In this document: positions 37,332-50,784 of the stretch, in pieces
Layout of the letters: each line of letters opens with the position of its first letter
How positions within the stretch are numbered: the stretch's first letter is position 1
Assembly (NCBI RefSeq): GCF_006345805.1
Contig: NC_042997.1
Span: 156,612,001-156,676,000 of the forward strand
Source: Octopus sinensis
Lineage: Eukaryota
DNA length: 64,000 nt
Direction of reading: 5' to 3'
Notes under the pieces: generated by a model
Databases searched by the model: none
What the model was told of the DNA's origin: nothing
Seen by the model: the letters and a program-made list of their open reading frames with translations, nothing else
Position numbers and translations under genes: made by a program

Positions 37332-37917
37332 GGTGACCGGTAAATTCCACCTGGTAATTTTCACCATAGGTAAATTCCACCATGGTAAATTTCACCACAG
37401 GTGAAATTATTAATATTATTATCATCATCGTCATCATAATTATTATATTATATGGGTTAGGATATTATGGAAATAAAAGAAGAATGCATAAAAAATAATA
37501 TTAATGTCAGTGAATACAAAAAAAAAAAACAAAGGAAAAAAAATAATTAAGGAACAATCACACGGTGAATTATGGGTGTGTGCTAAAATTTAATCTTTTT
37601 CTTTCTTTATCCCAAATGACATTATTTTTAAATTTTGTGATGAGTTTTTTCATAGATTCTTGCATGATGGGAGAGCATTAAAGTGTTTGTCTCAGTTCAA
37701 GTAGATTATAAAGATTATTTTCTGCCTCACCTTCAAACTCTCTCTCTCAAGACTGAGAGACAGACAGATTAAATAACAGGTATTGACCCACAGTCTAGAG
37801 AAACTGACCACGGTGATTATTAGTGGGAGCAGCTTATATAAGTCTGTCCATGGGTGGAATATACCGTGGTGGAATTTACTTATGGTGAAATTTATCTGGT
37901 GGAATTTACCTAGAACC
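37332..37917. mobile_element. Foldback-type non-autonomous DNA element (unclassified)
   Basis: Inverted terminal arrays of an ~15-bp unit (GGTAAATTCCACCA) at 37339-37408 and 37852-37910; GG...CC termini. Confidence 0.7.
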
Positions 37918-37919
37918 TT

Positions 37920-38014
<95 letters not shown>

Positions 38015-38261
38015 CACATATATTTTATTTTTGGCATACTACTTGCTGTGCACACTTTTTTTGTATGCATGTGTTTACATGTTGTCCATCTCTTATTCCC
38101 CTCGTTTCATTTGTACTTTTTCACCCATATATTGGTATGCATATGTGTGTGTATTTGCAAATCTACATATGTTTATGATTATATGTATGCCTATGTATGT
38201 GAGTGTGTGTGTGTATGTATATATATGTATATAGTCATTCATTTGGTTCTCATTGTGCCTT

Positions 38262-39085
38262 GTGGCTCTTGAGATGACAGCAAGATCATTCCACCTTCTA
38301 ACACTGACTGAAAGCCTCCTTGACAGCTTGTCCCATTGTGAACCCTCTGCTTTTAAGATCTTTTGTTATTGTTCTCTGCCATGTTTCCTTTGGTCAGCCA
38401 AGTCTTTTTTTTACTTTGTGGAACCCATTGCAAAGTAATCCCAACAACTGAGCTCAGTTTATAGCAGCAAACTCAACCCAGCCATTTCCATCTCCTTGCT
38501 TCAATAGTTTCTCTTATTGGTTCCACTTTACCCTTGGTGTGTAGTTGGCTATTCAAGATCATATTCAACCAGTAGACCTTTGAAATTTTTCATAAACATT
38601 TATTTTGAAACACCTCCAATTTCTTTTTAGTACTTTTGGTTGTTTTCCAACATTCGGATCCGTAGAGGAGGATGTTAAAAGTATGTTGCTTTTGTAAAAT
38701 CGTATTTTAGGGCTTTGCTGAGTATTGATGATTAGCATATTGAGTTTTAATATACCGAATGATTGGTTGGTTTTGCTGATTCTTGTATTTGTTTCATGAA
38801 TGCAGTTTCCCACCATTGTTATTTTGGTGCCTAGATAGTTAAATTCTTTAATATTTGCGATTGACTGGTCAATCAAAAATCACATGGTCAGCATCTATTA
38901 CATTTTTGCAAAGAGTGTACGTTTTCTTCTTGTTGATTTTCAGACTTGTGGTGTTGGCTACTTGTCCTAAGTCTTTCAGATTTGTCTTGTAATTCTTGAG
39001 GCATGTATGAGAACAAACAAATATCATCTGCATAATCTAAATCTTCTACTTGTTGTGTGCCATTCTGTACCTCGTTCATATTCTT
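38262..39085 (-). mobile_element. RTE (BovB-like) LINE fragment
   Basis: DLDYADDICL catalytic motif, EFNYLG, and C-terminal WDKL..RRWNDLA..ATRHNE. Confidence 0.9.
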
Positions 39086-39314
39086 CTGTCATATATGAAA
39101 TGTATATATATGCATAAGGGTAGTACAATTTTACATTGTATAATTGACCTATCCACCTGTTTTATTGTGAAGGGTTGGAAGCTTTTATAATGACATCACA
39201 GTTAGTCCTCCAGCCTGACATGTCTGTAGGTGAAATGTTTGTTCAAGATTTTTATAAGTTTTTTTTGTCTTTCAACTGCATTCCTCAGTTTTTGTTTTTT
39301 TCATTTTTTGTTCC

Positions 39315-39475
39315 TCCCTCTCTCTTTCTCCTGCTCTCTTTCTTTCTCTCCCTATCTCTTTCTCTCCCTCTCCTTTCTCCCCCTATCTCTTTCTCCCCCT
39401 CTCTTTCTTTCTCTCCCTCTCCTTTCTCTCCCTCTCTCTTTCTCTCCCTCTCTCTTTCTCTCCCTCTCTCCCTGC
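39315..39475. repeat. (CT)-rich low-complexity tract
   Basis: Direct reading. Confidence 0.9.
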
Positions 39476-39654
39476 TGGTGAAAGTTGTCACCTCACTAAG
39501 AGATTTTCCACAATGTCATCCTAATGTTATGGCTACATATCCTCTCCATTACTAATCTTCAGAATGTGTTCATAAGTGAAGGGCTTTCAGATTAAGTGCC
39601 AGTTAAAATAGGATCATGCTTCCCTTCCAAAAGCTAGAAATTTCATGAATAACA

Positions 39655-39852
39655 CAAGTTTGTTGTTTGTCCCCCAACAATGCTTGACAATTAGTGATGG
39701 TTTGATTATGTCTCCATACCTTAGCGGTTCAGCAAAAGTGACTGATAGAATAAGGGTCATTTAAAATAAATACTGGGATCAATTTGTGTGATTAAACCTT
39801 TAAGGCGGTTCACTGCCTGGCTGCAGTCCAAAGATGGAAATAAATAAAAGAT
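39655..39852 (+). mobile_element. SINE family A tail
   Basis: GCTTGACAATTAG...CTTAGCGGTTCAGCAAAAG...GCAGTCC. Confidence 0.7.
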
Positions 39853-40512
39853 AAAAAAAAAATTGGTTAGGATTTTGCTAAGTTTTGAGTTGTTATATAA
39901 TCTGATATTTCATATTGATAAAAACAGTGAAAAATGTTTCAGAAACCTCTATTGAAGCAAGGACTGTTGAAATTGAAACTCAAACTGAAATTCAATTCAG
40001 TATAAAAAAACACTTGTTTTTCATTTGGATTTTAGTTTTAATTGAATTTAAAATTTGGTTAAATTTAATTTTACAAATAGCACTCTGTATATAATACTTA
40101 ATGTAGATATACTGTAGAAGTCACAGAACTGCAGTATTAGTCTCAAGAAAGCATCTTGTATAAATGCGTTTTGTTGTTTTCTATAATATACCCATGTTAA
40201 GTAAGATATACAGAATTCTATTTTGAACTAATACTACTTCCATCACAAATCATGAATTTTTACAGATATTTTCATTACCAATTTCTCTCCATTTTGATGG
40301 AGGAAAACTTCTTCATTATCAAACACAAATTTTGTGAAAGATAAATAAATAAATAAAAATTCTTGAATAAAATAAAATCATGGTATTTTTTTATTTTGAA
40401 CATGTTTTTATGTATATCTTGAGACTAACATAGATTCTATCCAGAGTCTGTAGTTTAAGAAGGTTATTGGTGCACTGTGAGAGATAAAACCTCCTTTTTC
40501 TGTTTTTCCCAG

Positions 40513-40527
40513 TCATCAACCAACCAG
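40513..40527 (+). CDS. Candidate 15-nt microexon
   Basis: CCTTTTTCTGTTTTTCCCAG acceptor and CAG|GTACAA donor; all three frames open. Confidence 0.25.
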
Positions 40528-40619
40528 GTACAAAGTAATCTAATAATGATATTGAGTCACTTTTCATATAGTGCTTGAACAAACAGATGATGATGATGAT
40601 CATCATCATCATCATTTAA

Positions 40620-42853
40620 CTCTTTTAAAATGGTTGACATAAATTTACGTACACAATGTATATGCTTTAAATTGGTCAATGTAATTAAATGCCGCCTTAC
40701 TTAGAACCTGTTAGCTGAGTTAGTACTGCTCCATCTGCCAACTGATAGGTTGATTAAATGTTTCATGTAAATATTTGCAACCCCGATAGGCTGGTTCTGC
40801 CACTCCAGCTCTGTCAACTTCATCATCGTGTCCTGTTTCATCGAATTTATGGTTGTCATTTCTACCGCTCCAACTCCATCAACTTTGTCATTGTGTCCTG
40901 TTTTGTCAAATTTATGGTCGTTGTGTGAAGCTCCACCACTTCACCAGTTGTTTCTTTTGGCTTGGACGATGATTCGAAGAGTGAGTATTTTCCTAGTTCA
41001 TAATCAGATGATTCCTATAGTAATGATAATATTTCGATGAATCAAAGGTACAGAAGGGCAGCAGTGAATGGCCCTGGACAACAGAATGTTGTGTGATGAA
41101 CGAGAGACAGTTCCGTCCGATGGCATGGGTTTACTGGTACGCCTGGCATAAAGGCAAACCTTGAACATGGAAGTTCGCCAATGGAAATCTTCTATGAGTT
41201 TTTGATGGATGAAATGTTCCAATATATAGCGAAAGAAACGAATGACTATACTGAAAACCATCCCCTGCATGTCAGACCTGGGCATGGCATTGATTGGTTT
41301 CCAACCATAGGGAACAAAATCAAAGTTCCTCTTGCCCTGCTGATACTGATGGACATTGTGAAGAAACTGACCCTGGTGTCATATTGGAATTGGGATCCAG
41401 CCATGTTGACACCTTTCTTTCTGGAAGTGATGCTATGTGATTGATTTTTGGTGCTTCTTTGAAATCTACATTTCAACTCAGGTGAGAACCAGGATGACAG
41501 GCTGCACAAAATATGTCCTGTCATTAACGAAGTGGCTGAAAATTTCAGAACTGTGCATGTCCGCAAACAGGACATTTGTACAGATGAGTTTGTGAAAATT
41601 CAAGTGAAGGCTCTGATTCAAACAATACAACCCGACCAAATGTACCCGCTTTGGAGTCATGATTTATAAAGTATGCCAGTCAAATGGCAGGGCCTGTGGG
41701 TACACATAGAATTACAAAGTCTATACTAGTCAGGACAGATTGGATCTTCCAGCATTTACTCTGGTGTCAACTGATATTGATTGTGTTGTTGCTGAATGAA
41801 AACTTGTTTGACAAAGGCTACAATATTTATATGGACAACTGGTTTTCCAGTCCAGACCCTTCCTACTGCTGCAGGCGAGGAGAACTAATACCTGTAGGAC
41901 TGTGAGGATGCACAGGAAAAACATGTTGCCTGATCTTCACAAGATAAAACTTTGAAAGAGGGGAAACAGCGTACTGATGCACCGACATAGGCATTCTCGC
42001 TCTAGTGTGGTGTGACAAAAAAAAAATTCCTGCATGTTATCCACAATGCATTCTGCAAGCATGAAGGACACTAGGAAACAAGATGCAGGCAGTAAGGAAA
42101 CCGAGTGTAGTTATTTCATACAATGAAGTGACGGGTGAGGTTGATCACTCAGATCAGCTGGCGACAACACAAAAATCAGTGAAAAAATTTGTGAAATGGT
42201 ACAAAAAAATTTTCTTGTACATAGTTATGTGTGTTGTGAACTCACATTTGATTTGGCAGATGCTTGGCGGTGTGGGAGATGGATTGACATTCAGGAACCA
42301 GACCTGCCAAAGTACAGAATGCATGGACATCCCCGTGCCAGATGCTCTCCTCACTGCATGGGATGTGGACATTTTCCACAACTGTTCCCCACCCCCACTG
42401 CCAAAATGACAAATGCTTTGAAGAGATGCATAATATATAAAGCAAAAGGGAAACATAAGGAAACTAGATATCATTGTTCACAATGTGATTTGTCCCTGTG
42501 TGTGGTACCCAGTTTTAAACTCTATCACAGTAAAGTCAATTTTTGAAATCATATGATTGTAAATACATGAAGTTCATCTGACTTGTGCTGTCAAGTGATC
42601 TTATTCAGGAATAATACTGCATGAGAATCCTGCACAGGGGTATAGTTTAGATAAATAAACTACTTGCACTAAAGGGGTGATGTAAAAATACGCTGAATGT
42701 TGTTTCCCCCTGAGTGCTGATCTCAATTGGCAGGATTACCATTGATGTAAATATACACTGAACCACTGACGTGCACTAATTGTTGATCTCAACCGAGATG
42801 ATTACCGTCAATGCAACCTAGTTGATAGATAAAAAGAAAACATTGTCATAGAG
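40620..42853 (+). mobile_element. Near full-length fossil piggyBac transposon (2234 bp)
   Basis: TTAA at 40616-40619 and 42854-42857; degenerate TIRs CTCTTTTAAAATGGTT / CTCTATGACAATGTTT (12/16); transposase inside. Confidence 0.88.
40960..42546 (+). pseudogene. piggyBac transposase pseudogene
   Basis: ETNDY, YW..DP..TPFF, DRLHKICPV, ICTDE (41583), YMDNWFSS (41834), VDHSDQ (42143), KWYKKIF and C-terminal ETRYHCSQCDLSLC..YH; many stops and frameshifts. Confidence 0.95.
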
Positions 42854-42857
42854 TTAA

Positions 42858-43100
42858 AGTCTGGATAGTTTGACTGGAGCTGGTAAACTGGAGAGCTGCA
42901 CCAGGCTCTAGTCATCTGTTTTGGCTTGGTGTCTACAGCTGGATGCCTTTCCTAATGCCAACCAATCTACAGAGTGTACTGGGCGTCTTTTATGTGTCTC
43001 TGGCACTAGTGCCCTTTTATGTGTCATTGACATGGTTGCCTTTTATGTTTTACTAGTACAGATGCCTCTTATAGGCACAGGTGCCTTTTTATGTGTCACT
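42858..43100 (-). mobile_element. RTE 3' UTR-derived repeat split by the piggyBac
   Basis: Continues the (CAT)nTTAA start at about 40600 with GTTTGACTGGAGCTGG...GGATGCCTTTCCTAATGCC. Confidence 0.75.
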
Positions 43101-43496
43101 GGCATTGGCCTCTCCAGGTTTGGCTGGTTGTTAGTTTTTCTATGAGAAGCATTTCTACCTTTCCATAGATTTAATTTTTAATTATGCTGGATGCCTACAC
43201 ACCTTTCTCACCTAGTAAGCTGGTTTAGTCTTTTGGCCTGTCAACTGTGTTATTTGGGTTGATTTGTTCGACTAAAGGCAGTATTCTGACATGGCCACAG
43301 TCAAATGACTGGAACAAGTAAAAGAATTAAAAAAATATATATAGATATGTATAATATGTAAGGATAAAATCTATATAAGAGTTTATCAAGTAGCTAGTGT
43401 GAAAAACCAGTTCAGGAAAAAGTTAATGCAAAATATATAATTTTTCCCTTTAAATAAATAAATACTTTCATTATATTAAGGGCTATTATATAATGA

Positions 43497-43534
<38 letters not shown>

Positions 43535-45196
43535 GTATTCAACTGTAAATGTCTATTTATAAATTTTGTATATAAATTTTGGGGAATGGCTGTAGTAAGA
43601 CATTACTGAAAATGAAGGTTTAGTAAAAGAAACTACACCATTTAAGTTCATTTTTCCCACTGTCTCCACAGTGGTAATGGTCTTTTTTTATTCTATTTTA
43701 TTATTTTTTTTCAGTTTATTTTGTTTTTATGCAAAGAAAATAATGACCTCTCCAGTGAGTGTGTATTTATATTGCATTAATGAGGTTAGTCTGGAGTATC
43801 ACATATCTATTAATGAGACTTTGGTGTCACTCCAGCCATTCCTTTCTGCCACTAACCAGCCCATTTATCAAAAATAGGACATGAACATTGCTAAGAACCT
43901 ACTCAAATATGTCCAATAGTGCTTTTGATTACCTTCCCAACTTTAAGGCTGTTGATATCAACAATCTCTTGTATGTGTGTTCGTGGTTTCATATCTACTT
44001 GTGTTTTTGGTTGCATTCATGTGTATTCTTGTTATTTGTGTGTGTATATCTGCAATTAGTTGTATATTTGTTGCATATCATTGGTAGTGTGTTCGGGTTG
44101 TGTGTACTATGTATATAATAGAAGCAATTTGTATATTTATATACATGCATACAGTGTTACTGCATTTAAAAAAAAATTAAATTAAACAATGTTTTCTCAA
44201 ATAAATTGTTAAGTATTGAGAAAAAGTTTGAAAAGATATATTATTTCATTTTTATTTTTTACTAGAATTAAATTGGCATTAAAGTATTCTTTTCTTTTTC
44301 CTACCCAGTCTTAATACTTCAAGCAGGCAAGCCAATGAGGATGCCTCTATGTTGTTCTCTCTCAACAAACTAGAAATAACAACCAAATTTCCTTTAAATC
44401 CACACACTACCAGCTTAAAAAAAAATAGAAGTGTATATTAGACACAGACACACGCACATGTATATATATGTATACAAACGAACAGGCAAAAAGTATAGAA
44501 AATCATAGTAACGATCTATCACCAGAGGGTTGGTGGCATAGCATAAACAGTCCAATAAATGGTTTCTTTCTCCTTAAGCAAATAGGCTGTGAATTAAGGG
44601 AGATTTGGTTGCTATTCCAAGTTATGAATTAAGGGAGAGTTAGTGACTATTCCTCGTACATTAAGAAATCACATTGACATTTTTTGTAGGTTCATTCATA
44701 TAATATATATCAACTTTGTTTGATATATATTATAGCTTTTTTGAGCTATGATCATAGAAGTTGAAATAAATGTTCTTAGCAAGCTAATGAACCTTGCATT
44801 GATTTGCCTTAAGAGTACTGATTTACTGATAAGGAACATTTCAGTGTAAATTGTTCCTGAGCACTGTCACATTACAGTGCATATGACAAGGTACAAATCT
44901 CATAACTTCATATAGTTAATGGCCTTTGTAGACTTGGTTACCCACACACACTGTTCAATGCACCTGCTTATAAAACTAGAAATTGCAGCCAAATATTTCT
45001 CAGATAATATCCAACTCCTTGCAAATGGGTGGACATTTTGAATAATATAGCTCTGCATATACAAAATGAAAGGGATGGTTACAACTGGAATGTCTTTCAT
45101 TGTAGAGTTGATAAATGTCAACAGACGTCATGGAAATGCATGAGTTATAATTGTCAGCAGTGAGGGAAAAGTGTAACTTACATCAACGCATGACCA

Positions 45197-45281
45197 AAAA
45201 ATAGTGTATGGAATGGTCCAAGATAAAATAGTATAAGGAATGGTCCAAGATAAAATAGTGTAAGGAATGGTCCAAGATAAA
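45197..45281. repeat. 27-bp tandem repeat x3 (AAAATAGTGTAAGGAATGGTCCAAGAT)
   Basis: Direct reading. Confidence 0.9.
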
Positions 45282-45801
45282 ACTGGATGAAAGGAAGCAA
45301 ATTCAATATTCATAAAGTGAGGCAAAACTAAATACTGTTTCACATCTAAACAATTGTTACAGAAACTAGCACTCTGTCAGTAAACTTTAGTATAAGCAAT
45401 GGCTTATTGTTTCTGCTATTTCCTCCTATTCAACTTTGTTTGTTAACTAAGTCTGAAACTAAAACAAAATGTTTAACCAATTTTAGCAAGCCTCTAACCC
45501 AAGCATGGGCAATATTTTTCAAGAAATAGACCACGTGAGACATGGTGCATCATCAGGCAGTATGCTACTAAAAAAATTCAAGTTAAGTTTCCATTGGCAT
45601 ACCATTCAGAAAGTTCTATGGTTCAAAGTTTGTCCATAACTGCTACAGCAGATTGGGTCAATGTCAGTGTCATTGAATGTTTCCTTGCTCTCAAAACTAT
45701 ATTCTCCAGAAGTTTGAAATTTGCACTGCAAACACAAATGAAACACTCTTTAATTTTCCAGTGTTGTAATTGCTTACAGAAAGGAGTTTATCTATTTACA
45801 A

Positions 45802-46071
45802 ATATTCTGTTGTGTCTGGGGAGAGTCTTTTTCTTTTTGTGCCTTATAATTTAACACACTCACCGGTAAAATTTCCACTTATTTCTTATTTTTATTCCTT
45901 ATTTTTATTTTCCTAAAATAGTCTTGAGAGTCAAGACTATTAAAAAGGTTGCAAGATGCAACAAAAATTTTAAGAAAATAAAAATAAGAAATAAGTAGAA
46001 ATTTTACCGGTGAGTGTGTTAAATTATAAGGCACAAAAAGAAAATGACTCTCCCCAGACACAACAGAATAT
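45802..46071. repeat. Fold-back palindrome of family P2
   Basis: Central hairpin ATAGTCTTGA-GAG-TCAAGACTAT (45918-45940); arms 45802-45927 and 45931-46071. Confidence 0.92.
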
Positions 46072-46200
46072 GCTTCAACACATGAACTCACATAAAGAAT
46101 CTTGCAAACCAAATCCCAAAACGAAATATTTACAAATAAATATAGTGAAATATAACAAAGTTAACACAGTGCAAGCAAGATGCAAACTAATGCCATCTTA
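45931..46200 (+). mobile_element. Penelope-like terminal repeat (family P2)
   Basis: High identity to 63607-63803; carries an eroded hammerhead-like motif. Penelope assignment is an inference. Confidence 0.55.
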
Positions 46201-46669
46201 GTCCCTATCTTAACAATGTAGCCAATTCATGTACTTAATTTGTACTCACATAAGTGATGATAAAAAGGCAAAAATCTAAATAGGATTTTAGAAAATAAAA
46301 AAGTAAAATGATTACTTTTATAAATTAATTTACATTCAGATTCTTAACAGATAGCAAGTACTGCAATTAACTTGAAGACAATCGTTAAAAATATTTTATC
46401 TACGAAGGCTATCTACATCCACCTTTTAGTGATATAATGTGATTGTTTAACTCAGGTCAGCCTTAACCCTGTTAATCTACAATCAAAGATACACCACATT
46501 GACCATCATGTTTTTGTACAACATGTTTATTAGTAAGAATTAGGTGCCATTCCAGTCATTCCCTTCCAACATCAACCAACCAACCATTTATCAAAAACAG
46601 GATGTGAACATGACTTAGAACCTATTCAAACATATCCCCCAGTTATGTGCTTTTGAATATTTTCGAACT

Positions 46670-46814
46670 TCTTTTACAGGGCTTAGCAAAACTGAAGGAC
46701 CATTGCAATAAGTGTGTGAATTTGAGAGGGGAATATGTTGAATAAAATCATAATTAACTGATCTGCCTGTATTTTTTTTTTACCCAAAGCCAGGAACTTT
46801 TCAGCACCCCCTCA
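46670..46814 (-). mobile_element. Mariner-type MITE (family M), partial
   Basis: AAAGCCAGGAACTTTTCAGCACCCCCTCA|TA. Confidence 0.85.
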
Positions 46815-47424
46815 TATATAGCCATTACTGTTCACTCTGATTCTCCTCTAGTTGATGTCAAAGTGACAACTGAGCTACAATGGCAAATGCTACACACACT
46901 CACTGAGTCAGGAGAGTAGTGGGAAAGAGCAAAAGAAACAAGTTGCCTACTAGGAATTACGAGCATTTAAAAAATTTGGGGGTGACAAAACATCCCATGT
47001 GACTAACGCAGGATTAAGGCAGTTCATATCTACAATCTGTTCTCTCTTTGTGTGTGTGTGTGTGTGTGTGTATATATTTTTATGTATACTTGTGTTTTGC
47101 CATGTTCATGAACATGTGTGTGCATGATATGCTCCTTTGTGCATATCATTGCATATGAGTATAACTGCAGTTAGTTGCATATTGTGAGTTGTGCTTTAGG
47201 ATTGTGAGGAATGAATAGTGTATGCATAACAAGAGACAATTACATACTTTCAAGCAAGCATCAACAGCCAGCCACATTTTATATTTTTTTAATGAAATTA
47301 AACATTTTTCCCCTCTCTGATAAACTAGCAACTATTAAGGAAAGAATTTCAAATTATATATTTAGTTCCCTTTTTTTTTGTTTGTTTTTAGTAGAATTAA
47401 ATTAGCACCAAATAGAAGTATATG

Positions 47425-47811
47425 ACTTTGGTAAATGTTGCTTTCAAGTTTTTGCCAACCACATGGTTTCAGGTTCAGTCCCACTGCATGGCACCTCAGG
47501 CAAGTGTCTTCTACTATAGCCTTGGGCCGACCAAAGCCTTGTGAGTGGATTTGATAGACGGAAACTGAAAGAAGCCTGTCGTATACATATATACATATGT
47601 GTGCGTGTGTGTGTTTGTATTTGTCCACTCACCATCGCTTGACAATTGGTGTTGGTGTGTCTATATCTCCCGAACTTAGTGGTTCAGCAAAAGAGACTGA
47701 TAGAATAAGTACTAGGCTTACAAAGAATAAATCTTGGGGTCAATTTGTTTGACTAAATGTGGTGTTCCAGCATGGCCACAGTCAAATGACCGAAGCAAAA
47801 GAATAAAAGAA
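47425..47811 (+). mobile_element. SINE family A
   Basis: GGTTCAGTCCCACTGC...AAGAATAAAAGAATA. Confidence 0.9.
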
Positions 47812-48137
47812 TATGAGTATTACCTGCAGAGTTTTATCTCTCCAAGGATATGGAGTATGAATAATAAATTGGTGTTAATTTAATTTGGTTAACTGTACTA
47901 CTCTTTAACACAAAAATATTTGGTAAATTGAATTGGTTTGAGTAAGTATTTAATGGTTGGGATGGAAGCTCTTTTTCCTGATAGCTTCCTGATGAAAGCA
48001 TTGTTGTTGCTTGTGCCAAAGTTAGTCATAACTGAGTACATTTATGTATTAGTCAAATGTGTTCTAGCTGTGAGCATTCTGTCCTTCCCAACATTATTAT
48101 CTCCAGTACTACATCATGTATTTCTTGTAGTTACAGT

Positions 48138-48372
48138 GGTAGGGTCTAATATAAGTAAAATTCTGCTGTTATTTCTTGTAGATCTGAGTGACCACACAGA
48201 TGCTTATTCCCTTACTTGTGTATTGAAGACAATGCTTAGCTCCAAGGAGACATTGGTAGGGTCTAATTTAAGTGAAATTTTGCTGTTATTTCTGATAGAT
48301 CTGAGTAACCACGTATATGTTTATTCATTTGCCTGTGTATTGAAGGCATTGTTTAGCTCTGAGGAGACATTA
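48138..48372. repeat. 117-bp tandem duplication of an old dispersed repeat
   Basis: Units start at 48138 and 48255; the TTGCTGTTATTTCT..AG motif recurs at about 23815, 27180, 34000, 44370 and 58430. Confidence 0.8.
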
Positions 48373-50519
48373 AGGTAGTTCTAAAACATATCTGAATAAG
48401 AAAAGAAATTAGATGGTCATGGCTGGAACATGTTTGATCATTGGTTTGTTCAATAAGAGCTGACTTAAAAATTCAACAAAATTTTTTTTAGTACATCTGA
48501 AATGTTTTCAGGGTATGGGTAGTTAGAGCGGGAAATATCAGCCGGTTCTCATTCTGTAACCTATATAAAGACGTTTATAAACCTGTTCATATTTTAATGT
48601 TTATTTCATAGATATTCATGTATCCAGGTAACATGTCTTTTAACTACAATGTATATAAATTCCATAGTGTCATGCACTCTCCCCATTCAACGTCTTATTA
48701 TCAAATTCCCATGCTTCTTTCTTTTCAGTATGAAGAAGAGTAAGTATGCTTCTATCATTCTGAATATACTTCACCTCAATAACATTTCAGTTTGCTGTGG
48801 CACACTATCCTGTAGTCCACAACACTGTCTGTGAAATGGATATCTAATACAATCAATTTGCTAAAAATAGCAACCAAAACAGTCAAACCTCCAACAAATT
48901 ACAACCCGCTGTCTTAAAAATAGACACTGAAGGCTGTGGCCCTGGATACAATCTGGAAATAAAAGCAAGAAGCCTTTGACCATAGGTGTGCTTAATTGGT
49001 ATTGATCTGGAGCTCTCTCTCCCACCAAAATACAAAATAAAACAAAACAAGGAAACCTAGTTCCTCTGGTGTGGCTTGGTCGTGCTACAGTGCTTACATA
49101 AATATAATATGTTAGTACTGGTATGTGCTTGTTAGTGCATGATGTGTTCAGAGTAGATAAAATCTGCCAACCATGTTGGAAGCCAGTGGCAGTAAGTTAA
49201 TGTCTATGGTTGCAGGGAAATTTCAATGTGATAGTAAAATAAGTCTTTAAGACTGATAGATGTGTTTAATGTGTTCCATGGTTTATAAGCAAACACAAAA
49301 TTGTCTGCTCTGATAGCTATTGTTCAGCTATTCTTACAATCTGTTGGCTTAATTGGTATTTAGCATATTTAGTACATGGGTCATATTTAGCTTTTAGCAT
49401 ATTTAGTAACATAAACTATATATAAACGAGCAGTGAGAAAAATATATCAATGAATAAAATATATTTTCTGTTGTTTTTTATAAAAAAATTTTTTTTATGA
49501 GCATGTGATAACTCAAGGCATGTCTCTGCCTTTTTCTTGATTCCTCTTCTCTGTAGCTTGCCAAATAAGGATGAACACGTCATTAATTAGACAAACAGAA
49601 ATATATATATTAGCTGTGAGAAAGCCTGTGTGTGGTTGTTGTTGATTAGCTTTGGATCACTTTTGATTGAGTAAACTTGATCACAAGCATTGCAGTCATA
49701 ACTGTCAACCCTTTTAGGGTTATGTAGGAGAAAATTTTGCTCTGTCTCCTTTCCTTATTTAAGACGGTAGGGTATCGATTGAAGACATGACTGCTGTTTC
49801 TTGCAGAACAAGTGATCATGTAGATTTTCCTTTATTGGCCCATTTTGCCTCTCTGTGTGGTTGGTTGACTAGCTATAAATAGCAGCCAAATTTTCTCTGA
49901 TATCAACCTTTAGTGTTTGAAAAGAGAAAGGGTTGCTTGCCCACTGCCTGATGAGAAAAGAAGAGAAAAAAAGGAAAAGAAAAGACAGGTTTGTTACTAC
50001 ACTATTTAAAATACTTTCGGTTGAAAGTTGATTCACTCATAGCTGACCTGGGTCTAAACAACAACATCAGAAATATGTATTTGTTGGTGTGGGAATAGAG
50101 AACTGTTTAGAAACCGAATGATTCAGAGACATCATCTCCTCGACAAAATAAATAAATAAATAATAAAATAAAATAAAATAGAATAATGAAAAAAGCAATG
50201 GGTAAACGGGTGTTAGCATATTTAATACATTGGCCATTAAAATTTTAAATGTGAACTAATTATATAGTGAGAGAAGAAAAAAAACATTAGTCCATGACTA
50301 ATGTTTTTCATTTTTCTTGAAGGTATAGAAGACATGAGCAAGTCTATTCAAATAATATATACATTGAGTTGAATATGTTTTTTTTTTCCTTTAATCATAT
50401 CCTTTCATGAGATTCATTAGACTGTGACCAGGCTGGGGCACTACTTTCAACAATTTTACTCTATCATATCAACCGCAGTACTTATTTCAGTGTGGAACTT
50501 ACTTCATTAATCTTTAGTC

Positions 50520-50700
50520 ATAGGCATGACTATGTGGTTCAAAAGTTTGCTTCCCAACCACATAGTTATGGGTTCAAACTTATTGTGATACCTTGAGCAA
50601 GTGTCTTCGACTTTGGCCCCAGGCTGTCAAAAGCCTAGTGAGTGAATTTGGTAGTTAGAAACTGAAAGAAGCCTGTCATATGGGTGTGGATATGCACATG
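50520..50700 (+). mobile_element. SINE family A head and core
   Basis: GGCATGACTATGTGG...GAGCAAGTGTCTTC...GAAAGAAGCCTGTC. Confidence 0.75.
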
Positions 50701-50708
50701 TGTGTGTA

Positions 50709-50769
<61 letters not shown>

Positions 50770-50784
50770 ACATATATATATATA

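Noticed and set aside
44920-45040. hAT-like THCSMH motif
   Set aside because: Single short motif with no flanking transposase similarity.
47938-48378. 146-aa ORF with a 39-aa internal repeat
   Set aside because: Explained by a 117-bp tandem duplication of a dispersed repeat whose motif recurs many times in the window.
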